A stretch of DNA of 32,000 bases from Candidatus Saccharimonadota bacterium. Its GTDB lineage: Bacteria; Patescibacteriota; Saccharimonadia; Saccharimonadales; Saccharimonadaceae. The DNA lies in assembly GCA_002421785.1 (NCBI GenBank), contig DIRZ01000003.1, positions 150,001 through 182,000 on the forward strand, given 5' to 3'. Below are positions 17,997 to 26,814 of the stretch, piece after piece; positions within the stretch are counted from its first letter, which is position 1; every line of letters starts with the position of its first letter. A program made the position numbers and the translations under genes. The notes below the pieces were generated by a model. That model was not told where the DNA came from. It saw only the letters and a list, made by a program, of their open reading frames with translations, and ran no database searches.

Positions 17997-18275
17997 TTAT
18001 TGCATCAACTCAACAACGCTCTCAACAAATCCCGCAACGCCCGGAATTAACTGCCCCGTTGCATTTAATAACCAAATTACTAATGCAACGACCACCGTAC
18101 CGCCGAGCACAGACCCAAAGCCAAAGAACACACCTCGGAAGAAATTCATTTTGTATATCACATACCGGTTGCGATTAAAGTCGTTGAAAAGGTCTTCAAG
18201 AACCGCCTCGCGGGCGCCCTTTTCATTACCATTCACTATCTGTTGCTTTAATTTTTGCCAAAACTTCAGTCGCAT
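17997..18275 (-). CDS. small membrane protein, DUF5665-like
   Basis: 92 aa. The segment FFRGVFFGFGSVLGGTVVVALVIWLL resembles the DUF5665 family as I remember it. It has one or two TM helices. Confidence 0.6.
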   Translation of the reverse strand: MRLKFWQKLKQQIVNGNEKGAREAVLEDLFNDFNRNRYVIYKMNFFRGVFFGFGSVLGGTVVVALVIWLLNATGQLIPGVAGFVESVVELMQ

Positions 18276-18337
18276 GCGTCATATCCCTTACGTTTATACA
18301 CTTAGTGTGCCATGATGGCAGGTTTCATACAAGTAGC

Positions 18338-18365
18338 AAAAAGCAGCCACGTTCGGCTGCTTTTT
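18338..18365 (-). terminator. rho-independent terminator after the YtxH-like gene (bidirectional hairpin)
   Basis: AAAAAGCAGCC-ACGTTC-GGCTGCTTTTT forms an 11-bp stem flanked by A and T runs. Confidence 0.8.
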
Positions 18366-18380
18366 ATTAGCTATAGTAGT

Positions 18381-18701
18381 CTACTTCTTTTTTTCTTCTT
18401 CTGCCATCAGTTCAGCTTTGGCGCTGCTGACGGCACGCTCTGCGCGGCTACGATAATCATCGACGGTCTTTTTACCATCTTTCACGGCGCCATCGACTTG
18501 CTTGCGAGTGTCATTATATACCCTCTCACCCTTGGCTTTTAGGTCTGCGGCTTTTTTATCGACATCAGCTTTTAGTTCATCTGCTTTTGCTTTCAGGTCA
18601 GCACGTGTGTCTTTGCCAGATTTTGGAGCGGTCAATAGACCAGCTACGAGTCCCGCCGTTGCACCAATAAGCGCTCCGAGTGCAAATTTACCTTTACTCA
18701 T
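18381..18701 (-). CDS. YtxH domain-containing protein
   Basis: The N-terminus GALIGATAGLVAGLLTAPKSGKDTRADLK is the typical YtxH signature, followed by a Lys/Ala/Asp-rich helical tail. Confidence 0.8.
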   Translation of the reverse strand: MSKGKFALGALIGATAGLVAGLLTAPKSGKDTRADLKAKADELKADVDKKAADLKAKGERVYNDTRKQVDGAVKDGKKTVDDYRSRAERAVSSAKAELMAEEEKKK

Positions 18702-18713
18702 TGTGATTCCTCC

Positions 18714-18953
18714 TTACTTTTTACGATTCGTAATAAATGATTTGACAAGCTGTGCGATTGCAATCGGTGACGTGAAGGTCGCCGCGTTACTCGCTACGCT
18801 TTCAAATTTGAGGGCCGTTCGCTCTGCTGTGGCGGTGACGGATTTGATTTGCCTGGTAACTTTTATCAATAGAACCGTCAGCACGATGGCCAGCGCCAAG
18901 AAAAGTGCCAGGAATATTGATAGAATTATTACGAGGACCATTGCCCATTCCAT
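18714..18953 (-). CDS. DUF948-like small membrane protein
   Basis: 79 aa with an N-terminal TM helix followed by a helical segment. It lies 12 nt upstream of the YtxH gene, which is the usual DUF948-YtxH pairing. The SD AAAGGAG lies upstream. Confidence 0.65.
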   Translation of the reverse strand: MEWAMVLVIILSIFLALFLALAIVLTVLLIKVTRQIKSVTATAERTALKFESVASNAATFTSPIAIAQLVKSFITNRKK

Positions 18954-19037
18954 ATTGGCTTACGCTCCTTTTACCTGCCCCGTATATAAGGGGCACTATT
19001 GTTAGTATACACGCTTCACCTACCCTTACGTGTGATA

Positions 19038-19943
19038 TTATTCACCAAGTTCAGTAACTCGTTGTTTAATGTACGCCGCAAGTGGTCCTCCAAGTTCGTT
19101 GTGCATTAGCCCAAAATCGATAACCGTTTTTAAATATTCGAGTTTATCGCCGGTATCGTAATACTTTCCGTTCTTTATTTTGATGGCATGGTGCGGATAG
19201 CCGTCGTCAATCATTTGCTGCACAATCGGCTGCAACTTCAGCTCGTCCGACTCGTCATGAGCGGCCGCAGCTCTATCGATATAGCTAAATATCTTGCCCG
19301 TAAACAGGTAGCTACTAACTGAAGCAAGGTCGGAAGGGGCATTCGCCTTACCGGGACGTTCGATAATCGTGGACATTTTTAGTACGCCCGGGCCAACCTC
19401 TTCACCCGCGACGATACCATATCGATCATACTCGTCGTCTGTTAGTACGGTTTTGCATGTAAAGATTGGCGTGTCATATGTCTCATAGGCAGAAATCATC
19501 TGGCTGAATCGAGATGGTGAAGCTTTGATGAAATCATCCGCAAACGCATAAATAAATGGCTCGTCCTCACCAATAAGGTGCGACGCGCAGAGGATTGGAG
19601 TTGCGTTGCCATAAGGTCCTTTTTGACGAATATAGATAAAGTTCGCAAGATTCGCGAGATCGTTTACCATTTCAATCATTGGCTCCTTCTTAGCCCCGCC
19701 GGCACGTAGGTTTGCAAGTAAATCCTCGTTCGGCATGTCAAAATGATCTTCAATTGATCGCTTGTTACTGCTTCCGATAATGATAATGTCTTTTATACCC
19801 GCTGCAACAAGTTCTTCAACCACATACTGGATGATAGGCTTGTCGATAATCGGCATCATTTCTTTAGGCATGGCTTTTGTTTGCGGCAAAAAGCGCGTGC
19901 CAAATCCGGCAGCCGCAATAATTGCTTTGGTTGGTTTTTGCAT
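19038..19943 (-). CDS. galU: UTP--glucose-1-phosphate uridylyltransferase
   Basis: Carries the AAGFGTRFLPQTKAMPKEMMPIIDKP signature. The strong SD AAAGGAGGG precedes the ATG. Confidence 0.9.
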   Translation of the reverse strand: MQKPTKAIIAAAGFGTRFLPQTKAMPKEMMPIIDKPIIQYVVEELVAAGIKDIIIIGSSNKRSIEDHFDMPNEDLLANLRAGGAKKEPMIEMVNDLANLANFIYIRQKGPYGNATPILCASHLIGEDEPFIYAFADDFIKASPSRFSQMISAYETYDTPIFTCKTVLTDDEYDRYGIVAGEEVGPGVLKMSTIIERPGKANAPSDLASVSSYLFTGKIFSYIDRAAAAHDESDELKLQPIVQQMIDDGYPHHAIKIKNGKYYDTGDKLEYLKTVIDFGLMHNELGGPLAAYIKQRVTELGE

Positions 19944-19947
19944 GTTG

Positions 19948-20499
19948 TTAGCCCTCCTTTAGGCTCCGTAGTTTATCATAGGCCAGGAATAATACTTCGG
20001 TGTCTGTCATGGAAGCAGATTTTGCGAGCCTGAACAGCTCATCAACGGAAACCTCGACGGCTTCTATGAATTCCGTGCTATCAAGTTGCTGCCCATCGCT
20101 CGACTTAGTGCAATTATACGCGATGTAGTATTGATGAATAGAATTCGTATACGCATCCTTGTGAATCGTCCCAAGCCACTCTACGCGGCCCGCAGTGTAG
20201 CCGGTCTCTTCGCGCAGCTCTCGAACCGCCGCCTGTTCGCTCGTTTCACCCGGCTCACGCCCACCGCCAGGTATTTCGTACATTATCTTTTCTGGGCCAG
20301 GACGAAACTGTTTTGCAAGCACAACCTTACTATCAGGAGTAATTGCCAACACAGCCTGGCTCGACGCGCCTTCCACCTCTTTCGTCACAAATTCTCGGCG
20401 TGAACCATCTGGCAAGATAAAGTTTTTGCGCACCATCGTGCGATATTTGCCGACTGGAATGATTTCCGTCGGCTCTACCCTCACCCAATCCAATTTCAT
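19948..20499 (-). CDS. NUDIX hydrolase (ADP-ribose pyrophosphatase-like)
   Basis: Carries the Nudix box GGGREPGETSEQAAVRELREETGY. Confidence 0.85.
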   Translation of the reverse strand: MKLDWVRVEPTEIIPVGKYRTMVRKNFILPDGSRREFVTKEVEGASSQAVLAITPDSKVVLAKQFRPGPEKIMYEIPGGGREPGETSEQAAVRELREETGYTAGRVEWLGTIHKDAYTNSIHQYYIAYNCTKSSDGQQLDSTEFIEAVEVSVDELFRLAKSASMTDTEVLFLAYDKLRSLKEG

Positions 20500-20500
20500 G

Positions 20501-21961
20501 TTATAACCTCTCGCGAATTAGCTTCTGTGCGAGCGCAGGATTGGCTTTGCCTTGTGACTTTTTCATCACCTGTCCAACTAGGTATCCGATGGCTTTTTCC
20601 TTGCCAGCACGTATGTCGGCAAGACTCGATGCGCTTGCAGGATCAGCAAGTACTTCATCTACTACAGCAGCAATCGCACCTTCATCGCTTACCTGGATCA
20701 AGTTTTTTGCCTCTGCAATAGCACGGGGGTTAACCGCTCCACCAAGTAGCTCTACGAAAATATCCTTTGCTGCAGTGCTACTTAACTCAGCAGCTTCTGT
20801 CATTGTTGCGAGTTCAGTTAAATCATCAATGGATACGTATGGAGCACTCACATCGACGGGCGTCGCATCGTCGTCGCTTGCCATTTGGCCCAGTGCGCTC
20901 GCGAACCAGTGAGCCACCCGTTTCGCAACGGAATCCCCCGACTTTTCCTGTAGTTCGGTAATAAGGCGAGCGTAGTTCTGATTAGCCAGCAGAGAGTTGA
21001 TGACAGATTTGTCCAACCCCAGCTGCATCCATCGCACACGATATTCGCTCGGCAGCATAGGCACCTCAGCCTGGATGGCAGCTATCTCTTCATCGCTCAG
21101 AACAATAGGAGGAATGTCCGCATCTGGCATGTATCGATAATCCTGGGCATCTTCTTTGCTACGTTGACTCGTCGTAATCTGCTTGTCGTCGTTCCATCCG
21201 CGCGTTTCCTGCACCACGCGTTCGCCCTTTTCGAGTAACTCAACTTGGCGACGGAACTCGTACTCAGCGGCACGCTCGACGCTACGGAAACTATTCAGGT
21301 TTTTCACTTCTGCACGCTTACCGAGTTCTGTGGCGCCTTTTGGCGCAATACTAATATTTACGTCAAACCGCATGTTTCCATGATAAAGATCGCCGTGAGT
21401 AACGCCTGCATATGTCATGAGCCGGTACAGCTCGGTGGCGTATGCCTTGGCTTCAGCAGCACTATGAATGTCTGGCTCTGATACGATTTCGATCAATGGA
21501 GTGCCGGCGCGGTTGAGGTCAACAAGGCTGTAACCGTTGTAGTGGCTCAGCTTGCCCGCGTCCTCTTCCATGTGGGCATGGTGAATCCGAACCCGAACAG
21601 TAGTTCCATCTTCAAGGGGCGCATCAATGTAACCCGCAAGAATAATAGGCTGATACATCTGAGTCGTCTGGTAGCCCTTAGGCAAATCTGGGTAAAAATA
21701 ATGTTTTCGGTCAAAGCGGCTCACGCGGGCGATCGGCGCATTCAATGCCTTGCCAGCCCGAATAGCCAGGTCGACAGCTCGTCGATTTAGTACTGGAAGC
21801 ATGCCGGGCAGACCAAAATCGATTGGGTGCACGACCGCGTTTGGTTCTTTATCACGCGCATCGTTGTCTGCTGGACTAAATAATTTCGTTGCCGTCGCTA
21901 ACTGAACATGACATTCAATGCCAATGGTCATTTCGTATTTAGCTAATTGTTCATCAGTCAT
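20501..21961 (-). CDS. gatB: Asp/Glu-tRNA(Asn/Gln) amidotransferase subunit B
   Basis: 486 aa with IGIECHVQL, GLPGMLPVLN, MEEDAGK and a C-terminal GatB_Yqey domain. Confidence 0.95.
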   Translation of the reverse strand: MTDEQLAKYEMTIGIECHVQLATATKLFSPADNDARDKEPNAVVHPIDFGLPGMLPVLNRRAVDLAIRAGKALNAPIARVSRFDRKHYFYPDLPKGYQTTQMYQPIILAGYIDAPLEDGTTVRVRIHHAHMEEDAGKLSHYNGYSLVDLNRAGTPLIEIVSEPDIHSAAEAKAYATELYRLMTYAGVTHGDLYHGNMRFDVNISIAPKGATELGKRAEVKNLNSFRSVERAAEYEFRRQVELLEKGERVVQETRGWNDDKQITTSQRSKEDAQDYRYMPDADIPPIVLSDEEIAAIQAEVPMLPSEYRVRWMQLGLDKSVINSLLANQNYARLITELQEKSGDSVAKRVAHWFASALGQMASDDDATPVDVSAPYVSIDDLTELATMTEAAELSSTAAKDIFVELLGGAVNPRAIAEAKNLIQVSDEGAIAAVVDEVLADPASASSLADIRAGKEKAIGYLVGQVMKKSQGKANPALAQKLIRERL

Positions 21962-22383
21962 TATATCGCTCCCAAATCTTTCAGTGCCTGCTTAAATGCA
22001 CTCAGTGTACGCAGTGTCGTGTTGTAATCAACTGTCATATCAGGTTCGTGCGCCAGGCGATTACGTATTTTGTGGGCACCCCATACGTGATCAATGTTCC
22101 GCCATACCTTATTTGCCGATTTCATACGCTCGCCCATCGTCTTACCACGGTATCGCCGTTCACGGAGCGCTTGATCAAGCAGTTTGTCCGCATTCATAAT
22201 CGCCATTTGCCAACTTGCAGCATTATCGCGTGAGACGCCATTTTCTATAGCCAACCAACTAGCTTGGTATTTCTGCACATGGAGACGCGAACTACTCTTT
22301 GAAGCAACTGACAGATACATGACTCCTACCACAGCCGCAAGCAGTACGGCAACGAGAATAAACACGCCCTCTGGACTATCCAT
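21961..22383 (-). CDS. small membrane-anchored protein with an Rx4H (HEPN/DUF4145-like) motif, embedded in gatCAB
   Basis: Its start ATGGATAG overlaps the gatA stop, and its stop TAATG overlaps the gatB start. It has the TM helix VFILVAVLLAAVVGVMYLSV and the C-terminal helical motif AHKIRNRLAHE. Confidence 0.7.
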   Translation of the reverse strand: MDSPEGVFILVAVLLAAVVGVMYLSVASKSSSRLHVQKYQASWLAIENGVSRDNAASWQMAIMNADKLLDQALRERRYRGKTMGERMKSANKVWRNIDHVWGAHKIRNRLAHEPDMTVDYNTTLRTLSAFKQALKDLGAI

Positions 22384-23785
22384 TTGCTCGCTCCACCTGG
22401 CCAGCCAGTGCAATGAGTGCGGCATCAGACTTCATCGGGCCGATTAATTGCACGCCAATTGGCAAGCCACCCTTATTCGCCCCTGCCGGCACATTCATTG
22501 CCGGAATTCCCGCTAAGCTTGCCGGAACAGTCATGACATCTGCGAGATACATCTTGACCGGATCGCTAACATTATCGCCAATGCCAAATGCGGGCGTTGG
22601 TGCTGTCGGGGTCAGCAAAAAATCATAGCTTTCAAACAACGCATTAAACTCCTGGATGAGCAGTGTCCGCGCTTTTTGTGCCTGTAAGTAGTAGGCATCG
22701 AAAAATCCACTGCTAAGCACATAGCTACCGATCATGATGCGTCGCTTGTTTTCCGTTACAAACCCCTCGTCGCGTGACTTGCCATACAGCTCCGCGAGTG
22801 TTTGTACACCCTCAGCGCGGCGACCGTAGCGGACACCATCATACCTCGCGAGGTTACTACACACCTCAGCCGGGACGATAATATAATACATCGCAAGCGC
22901 GAGTGGCGCTGTTGGCATGCTGACTTCGTCGACAGTATGACCAAGCGCGCGTAGCCGTGCGACGTAATCCTGTGTTGCCTTGCGGACATCTGCGTCTACA
23001 TCGTCATTCATTGTTTCTTTAATAATACCTATTTTGAGCCCAGGCTTAACCTCCGTCGTCGGTACAAAATAATCAGGCAGCGTCGTCATATCTTTGCTAT
23101 CCTGGCCAGCCATAACGCTCGTTACTAATGCAATATCTTCGGCAGATTTCGCAAAACAGCCCATCACGTCGGTACTGCTCGCCATCGCGACAACACCATA
23201 TCGACTACTCATGCCGTACGTAGGCTTGATACCGAACACACCGTTAAAGCTCGCTGGTTGACGAATTGAACCACCCGTATCGCTTCCGAGTGCAAACGGA
23301 ACAATATCTAGTGCGGTAACAACCGCCGAGCCACCACTACTTCCACCAGCGACTTTTGTCTGATCATAAGCATTGGTTGTAACACCGAATGCGGAGTTTT
23401 CCGTTGATCCCCCATGTGCAAATGCATCAAGATTCGACTTGCCAATACAAATTGCACCAGCAGCTTCCAGTTTTTCAACAACAGTTGCCTGGAGTGGCGT
23501 GTCGAAGTTTTCCAAAATTTTGCTCGCAGCAGTTGATGGGGCGCCAAATGCCAAATAATTGTCTTTGACGACAAATGGTACGCCGGCAAGCACGCCGACC
23601 TGCTGGCCGTTTTGTACGGCACTATCGATTTCAGCAGCACGCGCAAGTGCACGGTCAGCGGTTAAATTTAACAAAGCGTTATACTCGGCGGCCGCAGTGG
23701 CACGTTCAAGCGCAGCGAGGACTTGCTGCCTGGCACTCGTCTCACCACTTTTAACCTTCGTAACGATATCTAAAATCACTGACAT
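22376..23785 (-). CDS. gatA: Asp/Glu-tRNA(Asn/Gln) amidotransferase subunit A
   Basis: Carries the amidase signature GGSSGGSAVV and GSDTGGSIRQPA. Confidence 0.95.
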   Translation of the reverse strand: MSVILDIVTKVKSGETSARQQVLAALERATAAAEYNALLNLTADRALARAAEIDSAVQNGQQVGVLAGVPFVVKDNYLAFGAPSTAASKILENFDTPLQATVVEKLEAAGAICIGKSNLDAFAHGGSTENSAFGVTTNAYDQTKVAGGSSGGSAVVTALDIVPFALGSDTGGSIRQPASFNGVFGIKPTYGMSSRYGVVAMASSTDVMGCFAKSAEDIALVTSVMAGQDSKDMTTLPDYFVPTTEVKPGLKIGIIKETMNDDVDADVRKATQDYVARLRALGHTVDEVSMPTAPLALAMYYIIVPAEVCSNLARYDGVRYGRRAEGVQTLAELYGKSRDEGFVTENKRRIMIGSYVLSSGFFDAYYLQAQKARTLLIQEFNALFESYDFLLTPTAPTPAFGIGDNVSDPVKMYLADVMTVPASLAGIPAMNVPAGANKGGLPIGVQLIGPMKSDAALIALAGQVERANG

Positions 23786-24075
23786 TACAAGACCTGCGGA
23801 ACTTTCACGGCGTTTTCGGCAGCATCAGGTGCGAGACCCAACAGTTTCTCGCGCGTTACATCAGTTTGTTGAACTACATCATCACGCCATACGTTTTCCA
23901 AACCGGTCACTTGGTACGTTGGCTCTATGCCACTCGTATCAAGTACTCCCAGCTGATCAATATAGTTCAAAATATTGCCTAAATCCGTTTGAAGATTAGT
24001 GACTTCATCATCAGATAGCTGCAAATTACTTAATTGTGCGAGGTGTCGCACATCGTCGGTGGTTATTGTGCTCAT
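23785..24075 (-). CDS. gatC: Asp/Glu-tRNA(Asn/Gln) amidotransferase subunit C
   Basis: 96 aa, reading DDVRHLAQLSNLQLSDDEV... Its stop overlaps the gatA start (TAATG). Confidence 0.9.
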   Translation of the reverse strand: MSTITTDDVRHLAQLSNLQLSDDEVTNLQTDLGNILNYIDQLGVLDTSGIEPTYQVTGLENVWRDDVVQQTDVTREKLLGLAPDAAENAVKVPQVL

Positions 24076-24083
24076 TAGGATTA

Positions 24084-24089
24084 ATTATA
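24084..24089 (-). promoter_or_regulatory. -10 TATAAT, 8 nt upstream of gatC ATG (leaderless-type operon promoter)
   Basis: The minus strand reads ggacTATAATtaatcctaATG. Confidence 0.45.
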
Positions 24090-24163
24090 GTCCAAATTTT
24101 ACCTGAACGCTAGGGGCGCGAATAAATACCGCCGATAAGCTTTGTAATATACCGCTTATGCCT

Positions 24164-24169
24164 CATAAT
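24164..24169 (+). promoter_or_regulatory. -10-like CATAAT, 8 nt upstream of ATG 24178
   Basis: The sequence reads cctCATAATggaagcagATG. A second TAATAT lies at 24145-24150. Confidence 0.3.
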
Positions 24170-24177
24170 GGAAGCAG

Positions 24178-25947
24178 ATGAGTCATCAGGTTAAAAAAAG
24201 GTTGGGCGTAACGCTTCATGCTGGCGGAGCTGAGTTTCGCGTGTGGGCGCCCTTCGCCAAAAGCGTTGCTATCGAGGGAACCTTTACGCCCAACGGTGCG
24301 ATAGCATTGAATAGCGAAAACGATGGGTACTGGGCTGCTCAAATCCCTGATGTCGAACCAGGACAGAATTATAAATATGTTATCGAAACATCTGATGGCC
24401 GCACGCTCCGCAAAAACGACCCTCGAGCTCGTGCTATCACCAGTAGCGACAACGGGTTCTCTGTGGTCGTCGACAATACGTTCGACTGGGGCGACGATGT
24501 CTTTATGCCAATCCCACGGGAACAGCAAGTTATTTACGAACTCCACGTCGGAACATTTAACCGCCTTGACGCCAGCACGCCCGGCACCTTTGACACGGCG
24601 ATAGAAAAGCTCGACTATCTTCGCGATCTGGGCATAAACATGGTGGAACTCATGCCCGTTACAAGCATGGCATACAGTAACGGTTGGGGCTATGCGCCAA
24701 ACTATATTTATAGCGTCGAAAGCATGCTGGGTGGTCGTCACGGACTAATGCAGTTTGTACGCGCATGTCACGAGCGTGGCATCGGGGTCATCCTTGACGT
24801 CGTCTATAACCACTTCTACGGAGACACAGACCTATGGCAGTTTGACGGCTGGAGCGAGAACGGACGTGGTGGTATTTACTTCTATAATGATTACCGTGGC
24901 GATACTCCCTGGGGTGGGCGGCCCGACTATGGCCGGCCAGAAGTCCGGCAGTTTATCCTGGACAATGTCACGATGTGGCTGAACGAATACCGCATAGACG
25001 GCCTGCGTATTGACTCAACAATTTACATGAGAAACACGGAAGGCTTTCCAAATGACCCCGAGCACGACCTTCCTGAAGCATGGGAGTTGCTGCAAAACAT
25101 TACCCAGGTTGCTCACAAAATTAATCCCGGTGCAGTGATTATTGCTGAAGACTTTTCGTGTACAGATTACATCACAAAGCCTACACATGAAAGCGGAGCG
25201 GGCTTCGATAGCCAGTGGCAGCTTGGCTTCCCCCACGCACTACGAAGTGCCCTTGGCATTGTTTACGGCTATCCCCAAACATTGTCAGACCTTAATCGTG
25301 AGCTATTGCAGCATTATAACAACAATGCCTACGAACGCGTCATATTTAGCGACTCACATGATACAGCGGCCAATGGCTCGGTTCGACTAAACCAGGCAGC
25401 AGGCCATGCCGATGCGAGCAGCCTCAATGCACGTCAAGAGGCGCTACTTGCAGATGCTATCACACTCACGAGTGCTGGCGTGCCTATGTTGCTTCAGGGC
25501 GCTGAGTTCGTTCAAGAAGGCGCTTTCAACGATTGGCAGGAGCTCAAGTGGGAGAATGCGGACAAATACTCAGGTTTAATTACCGCACACCGTCACCTTA
25601 TCGACTTGCGGCTCAACCGCTATGGAAACACACACGGCTTGTTCGGCCAGAATACAGCGATATTCCATCAGGACAACGACAACTTCGTACTTGGGTACCA
25701 TCGCTGGGACCAGGGAGGCCCCCGCGATGACGTCCTTGTCGTGGTCAACTTCAGCAGTACAGAGTTGCACAATTACCAGGTACTACTGCCACGACCAGGT
25801 ACGTGGATTGTGCGCTTTAATAGTAGCTGGCATGGCTATAGTGACGATTTTAAAGAGCTAACCTACGACTCAGTAATAGCCATAGAGAATGAGATGACCA
25901 CCCTTGCACTTCCCGCCTACGGCGTTGTGATTCTGTCGCAGGATTAG
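24178..25947 (+). CDS. GH13 alpha-amylase-family enzyme with N-terminal CBM48/E-set domain (TreZ / branching-enzyme-like)
   Basis: GAEFRVWAP...YKYVI marks the CBM48 domain. IYELHVGTFN...GTFDTAIEKLDYLRDLGINMVELMPV follows. The GH13 regions are GVILDVVYNH, DGLRIDS, IIAEDF and FSDSHD. Confidence 0.85.
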   Translation: MSHQVKKRLGVTLHAGGAEFRVWAPFAKSVAIEGTFTPNGAIALNSENDGYWAAQIPDVEPGQNYKYVIETSDGRTLRKNDPRARAITSSDNGFSVVVDNTFDWGDDVFMPIPREQQVIYELHVGTFNRLDASTPGTFDTAIEKLDYLRDLGINMVELMPVTSMAYSNGWGYAPNYIYSVESMLGGRHGLMQFVRACHERGIGVILDVVYNHFYGDTDLWQFDGWSENGRGGIYFYNDYRGDTPWGGRPDYGRPEVRQFILDNVTMWLNEYRIDGLRIDSTIYMRNTEGFPNDPEHDLPEAWELLQNITQVAHKINPGAVIIAEDFSCTDYITKPTHESGAGFDSQWQLGFPHALRSALGIVYGYPQTLSDLNRELLQHYNNNAYERVIFSDSHDTAANGSVRLNQAAGHADASSLNARQEALLADAITLTSAGVPMLLQGAEFVQEGAFNDWQELKWENADKYSGLITAHRHLIDLRLNRYGNTHGLFGQNTAIFHQDNDNFVLGYHRWDQGGPRDDVLVVVNFSSTELHNYQVLLPRPGTWIVRFNSSWHGYSDDFKELTYDSVIAIENEMTTLALPAYGVVILSQD

Positions 25948-25960
25948 GCCTAATAAAATA

Positions 25961-25995
25961 GCCCCGTATCCACGCATTGCTGCGTAAATCGGGGC
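25961..25995 (-). terminator. terminator of the 26009..26716 gene
   Basis: An outer GCCCCG/CGGGGC stem encloses an inner ACGCA-TTGC-TGCGT hairpin. On the minus strand it is followed by TATTTTATTAG. Confidence 0.6.
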
Positions 25996-26008
25996 AGGAT
26001 GTTGTCCG

Positions 26009-26716
26009 CTAGGATACACTTTCATGACGGTATTCGCTACCGTCTAGGTATCTTGCGTAACTGAGGGTCGGTGTTCCACACGACGCGAGCTCAAGCACAT
26101 GATGCGCATGCCCAAGTCCGTCTGGCGACGTACCTTCACCGGTAGGAGCCTTCGCACCTCCATAGAACAAATGCACCTCGGTCCCGCCAGTCGGCTGTGG
26201 AACGGAATACATCAGTACGTCGCCGGGGTCATACAAGAACGAACTCGGAACGCCCGCCTGACGAGCGTACTCGTTCTTTGTGGCGACCATGTCGGGTGAC
26301 GCTTCCGCAGCCAATCGCATCAGCCAGTGATGTCTCGCAACCACGAAGTCGTGATTGAGCTGGTAAAGTCCGATCAACCGAGCTAGAGATTCAGCACGGG
26401 CGTTGATGGCGGCAATTTCTTCCCTGACGCGATCTCGTTCTTGGCGAGCCTCGCCAGCAACACGGCCATAGTAGTTCCTTCTTCGGACCTTTTGTTGTCC
26501 CTTCTGTTGTCGGTTTTTGGCGAAAGCGGCACTTGCATGTGCCTGCTGGAGATCGTGCAGCTCCTGGGCTTCTCGCGCCTGTTGATGCAACAACCTTTCT
26601 CTTTCCATCAACGCAGGAATCTCTACACGAACCGCCGCGACACGCCGCCGAGCACCATCACGCGCACGACGCGCGGAATCGTACTCTGCTTCACGCCGAG
26701 CCAGCTCTGAAGACAT
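26009..26716 (-). CDS. hypothetical protein: Arg/Glu/Gln-rich coiled-coil N-terminus plus an unrecognised C-terminal domain
   Basis: 235 aa with its own AT-rich upstream region, a GAGGA SD and a terminator. GC is locally up to ~68% in 60-nt hand counts. I recognised no family. Confidence 0.6.
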   Translation of the reverse strand: MSSELARREAEYDSARRARDGARRRVAAVRVEIPALMERERLLHQQAREAQELHDLQQAHASAAFAKNRQQKGQQKVRRRNYYGRVAGEARQERDRVREEIAAINARAESLARLIGLYQLNHDFVVARHHWLMRLAAEASPDMVATKNEYARQAGVPSSFLYDPGDVLMYSVPQPTGGTEVHLFYGGAKAPTGEGTSPDGLGHAHHVLELASCGTPTLSYARYLDGSEYRHESVS

Positions 26717-26776
26717 TCACATCACCATCCTCGGAATAGTAGGATCTTACAGTGCCAAACGGTACTATAATTTATA

Positions 26777-26808
26777 TATTTTACAATATAAAATCTATTT
26801 TTACAATA
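26777..26808. repeat. direct repeat TATTTTACAATA / TATTTTTACAATA, starts 19 nt apart, in an AT-rich intergenic region
   Basis: The copies lie at 26777-26788 and 26796-26808, upstream of the 26716 start on the minus strand. This may be an operator or UP-like element. Confidence 0.4.
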
Positions 26809-26814
26809 GCGTGC

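Noticed and set aside
24163-24741. 192-aa ORF antisense to the GH13 gene, and similar long antisense ORFs (8079..8642+, 7670..7951-, 9656..10153-, 4628..5125-, 12189..12701+)
   Set aside because: Each lies wholly inside a CDS with strong family motifs on the opposite strand. None has a motif of its own. All have odd composition typical of shadow frames.
26766-26771. Plus-strand TATAAT that would drive an antisense transcript into the EEP gene
   Set aside because: There is no -35 and no plus-strand ORF or structure downstream. The hexamer overlaps the minus-strand TATAGT, which can serve the 26716 gene. I kept it only as part of the control-region observation.
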